A DNA stretch of 8,155 nucleotides from Octopus sinensis (Eukaryota): contig NW_021828518.1 in the NCBI RefSeq assembly GCF_006345805.1, positions 1 through 8,155 on the forward strand. Direction: 5' to 3'. This document shows positions 1-8,155 of this stretch, piece by piece. The translations under genes were made by a program, and so were the position numbers. Position 1 is the first letter of the stretch. Each line of letters opens with the position of its first letter. The notes under the pieces were generated by a model. That model was not told where the DNA came from and did no database searches. It saw nothing but the letters and a program-made list of their open reading frames with translations.

Positions 1-255
1 ACAATTAAATATAAACTATAAAATATAAAATATAAAACAAAACAAAAAAATAATAATAATATAATAATAAACTATATATACACCCCTACACATATACCTA
101 ATTATATATAACCATATCTAACTACATACACTAAATCACACACCTATATATATCCCTATACATACACATATAAAACGTCTAGGCAACTATTAATAAATAA
201 AATAGCTAAATATTCAACACAATACTTATTCATACTCCCACACACACACACATAC
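1..255. repeat. Low-complexity A/T/C-rich tract (AAT, TA, CA runs; almost no G)
   Basis: Runs such as aaatataaaatataaaacaaaac, (aat)n and (ca)n, with only a handful of G. Confidence 0.7.
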
Positions 256-266
256 AACCACATTCA

Positions 267-1026
267 CGCTCTAGAAAACGGACATCACTCAAAACTATGA
301 ACAGAGAAATGGAATAAATGGAATTAAAAATTATATTCACTTGGTAAAACGAAACACTACTTAAAAATTATGAATGGAAACAATGCAATAAAACAACATA
401 CATCGCAAATAGACACAAATTACTACGAATTCCTTAACAAACCTATCATGATAAACAAAAACTCATAAAAACATATAATGATAAAATCTCCCTTTACTAA
501 ACTCTATAACAAACCTATTAGCAATCCCCCTAACCTAAACATTCACACACAAATACACACGTAAACAACACACACGACATATACAAATACCCACACCACT
601 TACACATACCAATACATACATATAAACCTCAACATATACTCCAAAAACCCACTCAACCCCACACAGACAAATAAACACAAAATTATGAATGGATTCTTTT
701 ATAAAACTACCATGATAAGCTAAAACTCACAAAAAACAGAAATGATAAAACCTCCCTTTACTAAACACTATAACATACTTATATAGCAATCCCTATAACC
801 TATACATTCACACACAAAACACACACGTAAACCACACACCCATAACAAATACAAACACCCACCCCACTCACACACACACCCACAAGTACAATAAGCCTCA
901 ACATATACACCAAACAAAATTACTTTACCAAGGAACTTAACATATGTATAAAAAGTATAACCGCTCTGGAAACGAACATCTCTAAATTAATGAATGGAGA
1001 AATGGAATAAATGGAATTAAAAATAA
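267..1026 (+). repeat. Older diverged and rearranged copies of the upstream repeat family
   Basis: 267-~680 aligns with 962-~1345 (cgctctagaaaacggacatc vs cgctctggaaacgaacatc, offset ~695). ~680-910 is a further partial copy. ~915-1065 resembles ~1718-1878. The core gagaaatggaataaatggaa and variants occur at 304, 997, 1801 and 2822. Confidence 0.85.
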
Positions 1027-2044
1027 TATTCACGTGGCAAAACGAACACCACTCAAAAATTATGAATGAAACAATGTAATAAAACAACCAACATCGAAAA
1101 TAGACAAATTACCACGAATTCCCTAAAAAAAACCATGATAAACCAAAACTCTTAAAACACATATAACGATAAAATCTCCCTTTGCTAAACTCTATAACAA
1201 ACCTATATAAAATCCCCCTAACCTAAACATTCACACACAAATACACACACGTAAACCACAGACCCACGACTTATACACATACCTATACTAACTATAAACC
1301 TCAATATACACCAAAACCCACTCACTCCCAACACAGACAAATTAACACATACATCCCAAAACCTAAATAACAAACCCATATACACATTCACACACAAACA
1401 CACCACACACAGCAAAACACACACACACAATGGATACATATACTCCCTCACATATACGCATATACATACTCACTAAACTCGATATATACAACAATATTTA
1501 CACACCCACACTCATACAGATAAATAAATTATACAACTAAAAACTCACACACAAACTCATATACATAAACACTCCTATGAAAACAACATTAAATACATCG
1601 TAATTAACCAGAATATCAAAAATAACAATATGACATAAGGATAAATAAAATACATACTTACAAGTCAGTTTCAAATTATGAAGTGAAATTAAATTCTTAG
1701 CCGTTAAAAAAATCAAACCAAAATTACGTTACCATAGAAATAACTTATGTAAAAAAAGAATACGCGCCATGGAAAGTAAACGTCATTTAAATTATGAATG
1801 GAGAAAAAGAATAAATGGAACTAAAAACTATATCCACGTGGCAAACCAACACTACTTAAAAAAATTTATTATGAATGGATTCTTAAAAAACTACCATGAA
1901 AAATCATTATATACATTTATGAGCTTTAGCTCACCTTAGCAGCTCTAACAAACAACTTGCAGTAACCCAAACCCATTCTCTATGCCTACCTCACTACTAC
2001 ACTATTCCATTCACAATTCCAAGCAACGCTAGTCCACCACCGGT
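1027..2044 (+). repeat. ~1.02 kb tandem duplication, copy 1
   Basis: Begins tattcacgtggcaaaacgaacaccactcaaaaattatgaatg and ends gctagtccaccaccggt; colinear with 2045-3069. Confidence 0.95.
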
Positions 2045-3069
2045 TATTCACGTGGCAAAACGAACACCACTCAAAAATTATGAATGAAACAATGTCATAA
2101 AACAACCAACATCGAAAATAGACAAATTACCACGAATTCCCTAAAAAAACCATGATAAACCAAAACTCATAAAAACATATAATGATAAAAACTCCCTTTG
2201 CTAAACTCTATAACAAACCTATATAGCAATCCCCCTAACCTAACATTCACACACAAATACACACACGTAAACCACAGACCACGACTTATACACATACCTA
2301 TACTAACTTATAAACCTCAATATACACCAAAACCCACTCCCTCCCCACACAGACAAATTAACACATACATCCCAAAACCTAAATAACAAACCCCTATACA
2401 ACATTCACACACAAACACACACACCACGCAAAACACACACACAAAACAGATACATATACTCCCTCACATATACGCATATACCTACTCACTAAACTCGATT
2501 ATACAACAATATTAACACACCCACACTCATACAGATAAATAAATTATACAACTAAAAACTCACACACAATCTCATATACATAAACATCATATGAAAACAA
2601 CATTAAATACATCGTAATTAACCAGAATATCAAAAATAACAATATGATATAAGGATAAATAAAATACTACTTACAAGTCAGTTTCAAATTATGAAGTGAA
2701 ATTAATTCTTAGCCGTTAAAAAAACCAAACCAAAATTACGTTACCATAGAAATAACTTATGAAAAAAAAAAAAAAAAGAGAATACGCGCCATAGAAAGTA
2801 AACGTCATTAAATTATGAATGGAGAAATAGAATAAATGGAACTAAAAACTATATCCACGTAGCAAACCAACACTACTTAAAAAAATTTATTATGAATGGA
2901 TTCTTTAAAAAACTACCATGAAAAATAATTATATACATTTATGAGCTTTAGCTCACCTTAGCAGCTCTAACAAACAACTTGCAGTAACCCCAAACCTATT
3001 CTCGATGCCTACCTCACTACCACACTAATCCATTCACAATTCCAAGCAACGCTAGTCCACCACCCGGTT
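2045..3069 (+). repeat. ~1.02 kb tandem duplication, copy 2
   Basis: Same start (offset 1018) and end (gctagtccaccacccggtt) as copy 1. Differences are scattered substitutions and homopolymer indels, e.g. the long A run at 2762-2777. Confidence 0.95.
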
Positions 3070-3178
3070 ACAATTCCCAACTCCACCCATTCATTCACAA
3101 TTTCAACGACATTCGCCTCCACAGCGCTACATATAAGCCTCAACATATACACCGGAGATACACTACACATCCGTGCGG

Positions 3179-3667
3179 ATGGGTGAGAGTATACATTGAG
3201 TGTAGTGATGGGGCTCCCATTACTATACACATTTGTACCTGTGTGGTAGTCTCCATGTGTATATTCACGCACGGTATAAATGAGGGGGTACACGCGCACG
3301 TCATTTGCGTGTACCCCCTCACATGTACATATGCATGCTATTGGGGCTCGATATATGCAACAATGTAATCGCGCCCGCATACATGCATATGGGCGAATTG
3401 CACAATCAAAAAACGCACATGTGTGTGTGTGCGTTCCTGGTTGTGCAATTCACCCATCTGGGTGTGAGTGGGTGTAAGCGTATCGCTGTGGATGTCGAGC
3501 TTGATACGTATGTATATGAGTGTGTATTAGGGGGTTGTACGTATTAATTGTGTGCATGTGCTTCACGCACTTGCGTCCATGTATGGATGAATATATTGGG
3601 ATTACTATGTGGGTGTAAATGGGATGGAGGGGGAGTTTGTCATTGTATGGGTGTGGGTTTCATTTGT
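3179..3667 (+). repeat. Long imperfect inverted repeat (~490 nt, centre ~3423), G-U-rich hairpin on + strand; candidate hairpin RNA or structured DNA element
   Basis: Pairings on one anti-diagonal (coordinate sum ~6846-6851): aacgcaca 3412-3419 / tgtgcgtt 3428-3435; gaattgcacaa 3395-3405 / ttgtgcaattc 3441-3451; gctcga ~3346 / tcgagc ~3495; ccccct 3314-3319 / aggggg ~3529-3534; 3230-3251 / 3600-3621 (14 Watson-Crick + 8 G-U); 3179-3188 / 3658-3667. Confidence 0.85.
3281..3321. other. Perfect 15-bp GC-rich stem-loop (11-nt loop)
   Basis: tgagggggtacacgc (3281-3295) is the exact reverse complement of gcgtgtaccccctca (3307-3321); loop gcacgtcattt. Confidence 0.9.
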
Positions 3668-3690
3668 GATGGTGGTTAGTTGGTGATTTT

Positions 3691-3824
3691 TAGTATATAT
3701 ATGTATTGTTATATTAGATATATATATATATATGTATATGTATGATATAATATAGTATATGTATATGTATATGTCTATATATATATGTATAGTATATATA
3801 TGTAATATATATATATGGTATATG

Positions 3825-3855
<31 letters not shown>

Positions 3856-3987
3856 GTATATGTATATATATATATAGTATATATATATGTATATGTGTTA
3901 TATATATATGTATATATATAATGTATATATATATGTATATGTGTATATATATATGTATATATATGTATATATGTATAATGTATATGT

Positions 3988-4022
<35 letters not shown>

Positions 4023-4128
4023 GTATATGTATATATATATGTATATATATGTATATATATGTATATATATATATAGTATATGTATATATATGTATATATA
4101 TAGTATATATGAGTATATATATATATGT

Positions 4129-4159
<31 letters not shown>

Positions 4160-4250
4160 GTATATATATTATATGTATATAATTATATATATATGTATAT
4201 ATATATATGTATATGTATATTATGTATGTATATATATATATATGTATATG

Positions 4251-4296
<46 letters not shown>

Positions 4297-4470
4297 ATTA
4301 TATGTATAAATATGTATATATATATATGTATATATATATATAGTATAATATATGTATATATATATGTATATATATATATGTAGATATATATATATGTATA
4401 TATATATGTATATATATATATATGTATATATATATGTATATATGTATATATATTATGTATATGTATTATA

Positions 4471-4507
<37 letters not shown>

Positions 4508-4517
4508 GTATATATAT

Positions 4518-4549
<32 letters not shown>
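3691..4549. repeat. Degenerate (TA)n/(TATG) microsatellite tract 1 (~860 bp)
   Basis: Continuous TA repeats interrupted almost only by G. Confidence 0.97.
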
Positions 4550-4551
<2 letters not shown>

Positions 4552-5027
4552 AAACATTATTGGTGAATTGAAGAAATGGAGCTGAACGCAGATTGAACAG
4601 AAATCGTTTTATTTCATTCTACACGTGTTTCGAAAGGCACAAATTACCAAAATCCGATTGAATAATGGGACCATATTGTGTCTTTCTCTTCAGGAAGAAA
4701 AAAGGAAATCCGTTGGAAAAACAAAAACAGAACAGAGGCGGAGCAAAAAACAAATCGAACTGTGCTCCTAAGAGCCCATGGCGAAACTCAGTTTCGCCAT
4801 GGGCTCTTAGGAGCACAGTTCGATTTGTTTTTTGCTCCGCCTCTGTTCTGTTTTTGTTTTTCCAACGGATTTCCTTTTTTCTTCCTGAAGAGAAAGACAC
4901 AATATGTCCCATTATTCAATCGGATTTTGGTAATTTGTGCCTTTCGAAACACGTGTAGAATGAAATTAAACGATTTCTGTTCAATCTGCGTTCAGCTCCA
5001 TTTCTTCAATTCACCAATAATGTTTTA
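4550..5027. repeat. Near-perfect 478-bp palindrome (arms 239/238 bp, 1-nt centre at 4789); possible foldback/MITE-like element
   Basis: Centre catggcgaaact-c-agtttcgccatg; ends taaaacattattggtg and caccaataatgtttta. By eye only one substitution (~4610) and one 1-nt indel (~4671) separate the arms. Confidence 0.95.
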
Positions 5028-5173
5028 ATTTCAATTATCCGCACCAACGCACGGTTGCAACGCCAGATGGTTGTACCTCCAACCGTGCTGTTTACTGCTG
5101 TGATTTTGCTACTAAGGTATCGGTTAAAACTTTTGATTAATCTACTACAAGATTATTCATCTTTCTATTTCAC

Positions 5174-5246
5174 ATAATATATATAATATGTATTATATAT
5201 ATATATATATTATATATCTATTATATGTATATGTATTATATATATG

Positions 5247-5280
<34 letters not shown>

Positions 5281-5319
5281 ATATATATATATTAGATATG
5301 TATATATATATATGTATAT

Positions 5320-5351
<32 letters not shown>

Positions 5352-5515
5352 GTATAGATATATTTATATGTATATATATATGTATATGTATTATCTAATA
5401 TAGTATGCATATATATAATGTATATATATGTATATATATATATATGTATATATATTATATATGTATATGTGTATATGTATGTATATTATATATATATATA
5501 TATATGTATTATATG

Positions 5516-5548
<33 letters not shown>

Positions 5549-5582
5549 GTATATATATATAGTATATGTATATGTATAGTGG

Positions 5583-5617
<35 letters not shown>

Positions 5618-5710
5618 GATATATATATATATATATGTTATATATATATATATATATCTATGTATATATATATTATGTATATGTATATATATATATGTAT
5701 ATATGTATAT
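5174..5710. repeat. Degenerate (TA)n/(TATG) microsatellite tract 2
   Basis: TA repeats with G interruptions. Confidence 0.97.
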
Positions 5711-5920
5711 GATCGCCATGTTGATTCGTTAGCTACTGCACGCATTTTTTTTCTCTCCTTCTTTCTGTGTTTTTCTCTCTCTGGTATCTTTCTGTTGAAG
5801 AGCGTAGGCTCGAAACGTTAAAGACTTGTTTTACTTATTTCCTGAGCGCCAATACTAATACAATTGTTCGTTTGTTTTCCACCTGCCTTCGTCTTTTGTT
5901 TATTTTCATAAAGCTTCCGT

Positions 5921-5939
5921 TATATATATGTATATGTAT

Positions 5940-5990
<51 letters not shown>

Positions 5991-6117
5991 GTAGTATATA
6001 TTTATATATATATGTATATATTATATATATATATATAATATATATATATATATATGTATAATTTATATATATGTATATATTATATATATATGTATATATA
6101 TATATATATATGTATAT

Positions 6118-6151
<34 letters not shown>

Positions 6152-6199
6152 TGTATGTATATATATAATATATGTATGTATATATATATATATATGTAT

Positions 6200-6241
<42 letters not shown>

Positions 6242-6384
6242 GTATGTATGTGTATATATATATATGTATGGTGTATATATATATATATGTATGTATATAT
6301 ATATATATATGTATGTAATATATATATAAATGTATTGTATATATATATATATTATATATGTATGTATATATATATATATGTACG

Positions 6385-6419
<35 letters not shown>

Positions 6420-6587
6420 GTATGTATGTATATATATTTATATATGTATGTATATATATATATCTATGTATGTATATAATATATATCTATGTATGTATAT
6501 ATATATATATGTATATATATGTATATATGTATATATATGTATATATGTCTATATATGTATATATGTATATGTATGATATATATATAT
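5921..6587. repeat. Degenerate (TA)n/(TATG) microsatellite tract 3
   Basis: TA repeats with G interruptions; TATG units become more frequent toward the 3' end. Confidence 0.97.
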
Positions 6588-6596
6588 CCGGTTCCG

Positions 6597-6636
6597 TTTT
6601 CAACAGAGAGAGACGTATTGCTCTTCTCTGTGAAAA
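6597..6636. other. Imperfect stem-loop at the edge of the unique island
   Basis: ttttca(a)cagagagag pairs with ctc(t)tctctgtgaaaa: 15 bp with two 1-nt bulges and an 8-nt loop. Confidence 0.45.
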
Positions 6637-6995
6637 AGTTTGCATAGATCGGCGAAAAACCCCTGTAGTTGCAAAACGTTAAAACTCTAAGTCATAGAGA
6701 TCACTACAAAACACTTTGGTTAAAAATATTTTAAAATATATATATAATATATATACATATACACAGTAATTTTCATTTTCGCCGAAACGCACATGGTGCC
6801 AAAAATAAAGAATCAAGTTATCTCCTGCAAGAAAGAAAAAAGAAGCATCTCTCCTGAAAAAAAATCCCGTAAACCAAAAAAATAATCCAGACCACATTGT
6901 TGGATTAAGTATCAATTTCATCTATTTCATATTTTGTTTATTATTCTATTTTATCCTCACGTAGGCCCACATATTAGTTAAAGTTGCGATCGCCA

Positions 6996-8155
6996 TTTTG
7001 TTGTTTACATTCAATATCTGTTCTCGATATAATCATTTTTCAGAACTCTATATTCTAATTAGCCCTAAGATTAAATTAAATAACGTTTAATATTACCCAC
7101 ACTCTAATATAATTTTGTTTGTTACATTTTCAATATCTGTCTCGATATAATAATTTTTCAGATACTCTATCTTCTAATTAGCCTTAAGATAAATTAAATA
7201 ACGTTTTATTGATGAACGTATAATAGCCTTAGGATTTTAAATTAAATAACGTTTAATATTGTTTTATATTGTTAATAATATTGTTAATTAGCCTTAAGAT
7301 AAATTAAATACGTTTAATATTGTTTAATATTGTTAATAGTTTTTCAGATACTCTATCTTCTATTAGCCTTAAGATTAATTAAATAACGTTTAATATTACC
7401 CACACTCTAAATAATTTTCAATATCTGTTCTTGATATAATAATTTTTCAGATATCTATCTTCTAATAGCCTTAAGATTAAATTAAATAACGTTTAATATT
7501 AATAACGTTAATTAGCCTTAGGATTAAATTAAATAACGTTTAATATTGTTTAATATTGTTAATATATGTTAATTAGCCTAAGATTAAATAATTAAATCGT
7601 TTAATATTGTTTAATATTGTTAATAATTTTTCAGATACTCTCTATTCTTATTAGCCTAAGATTAAATTAAATAACGTTTAATATACCCACACTCTAATAT
7701 AATATTAATATTGCTAATATATCATTTTTCAGATACTCTATCTTCTTAATTAGCCTTAAGATTAATTAAATAACGTTTATATAATAAACGTCTAATTAGC
7801 CTTAAGATTAAATTAAATAACGTTTAATATTGCCTTAATATTGTTAATATTTTTTCAATACTCTGTCTTCTAATTAGCCTTAAGATTAAATTAAATAACG
7901 GTTAATATTACCCACACTCTAATATAATATATATATGCTAATATTTTCAGATACTCTATCTCCAAATTAGCCTATTAGATTAAGATTAAATAATTTACCC
8001 ACACTCTAATATAATATTAATATTGCTAATATATTTTCAGATACTCTATCTCCAAATTAGCCTTAAGATTAAACAACGTTTTTACCACACTCTAATATAA
8101 TATTAATATTGCTAATACATTTTCAGATACTCTATCCCCTTACTTAGCCTTAAGA
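6996..8155 (+). repeat. Modular AT-rich satellite/minisatellite, 15 core copies, truncated by the window end
   Basis: Core ~aattagccttaagattaaattaaataacgtttaatatt, with tagcc at 7060, 7179, 7224, 7289, 7364, 7466, 7513, 7574, 7652, 7751, 7797, 7875, 7968, 8058 and 8145. Interleaved with reused modules tttttcagatactctatcttct, acccacactctaatataat and ttcaatatctgttctcgatataat. Confidence 0.95.

Noticed and set aside
526-2243. Telomere-like ccctaacc(taa) motifs, and ttagcc in the satellite
   Set aside because: Isolated copies inside larger repeat units rather than tandem arrays; ttagcc does not match TTAGG, TTAGGC or TTAGGG.
1-3150. Bisulfite-converted or fully G>A-converted sequence
   Set aside because: Many non-CpG G remain (gagaaatggaataaatgg), and the differences from the hairpin arm also include T/C changes.
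1218-3547. Short ORFs in the CA-rich repeats and hairpin, including the 123-aa ORF 3009-3380(-)
   Set aside because: Biased V/C or T/H/P composition, frames not preserved between duplicate copies, overlapping in several frames, and no recognisable motif.
1-3700. Definite mitochondrial control region
   Set aside because: Skew, repeats and stem-loops are compatible, but no tRNA, rRNA or mitochondrial gene is visible; kept only as a hypothesis.
4619-5028. ORFs 4619-4912(-), 4665-4958(+) and 4678-5028(+)
   Set aside because: Mirror-image products of the palindrome, with no recognisable domain such as a transposase.
3759-6682. Y/I/M/C/V-rich ORFs (up to 203 aa) in the TA tracts
   Set aside because: These are translations of (TA)n/(TATG), which is depleted of stop codons; there is no protein-like composition.
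6679-6921. 80-aa ORF on the minus strand
   Set aside because: F-rich translation of A runs that crosses a TA patch; no recognisable family.
6996-8155. CRISPR array (~38-bp repeat with intervening sequence)
   Set aside because: The intervening sequences are reused modules of very unequal length (period 45-119 bp), the repeats are degenerate, and there are no cas genes in the window.

Overview
Non-coding, AT-rich, repeat-dominated window, most likely eukaryotic. I find no credible protein-coding or RNA-family gene; the listed ORFs come from low-complexity or palindromic DNA. Layout: (1) 1-3150 is an A/C-rich, G-poor block of nested repeats, including a recent ~1.02 kb tandem duplication (1027-2044 / 2045-3069). 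(2) 3179-3667 is a ~490-nt imperfect inverted repeat centred at ~3423; its arms differ mostly by changes that give G-U pairs on the + strand, and it sits at the switch from C-rich to G-rich + strand. The upstream repeats contain six A/C-shifted copies of its arm. (3) Three (TA)n/(TATG) tracts separate short complex islands, one of which carries a near-perfect 478-bp palindrome (4550-5027). (4) 6996-8155 is a modular AT-rich satellite with higher-order periodicity. All alignments were done by eye. Many differences between repeat copies are homopolymer indels, which suggests a noisy long-read consensus.
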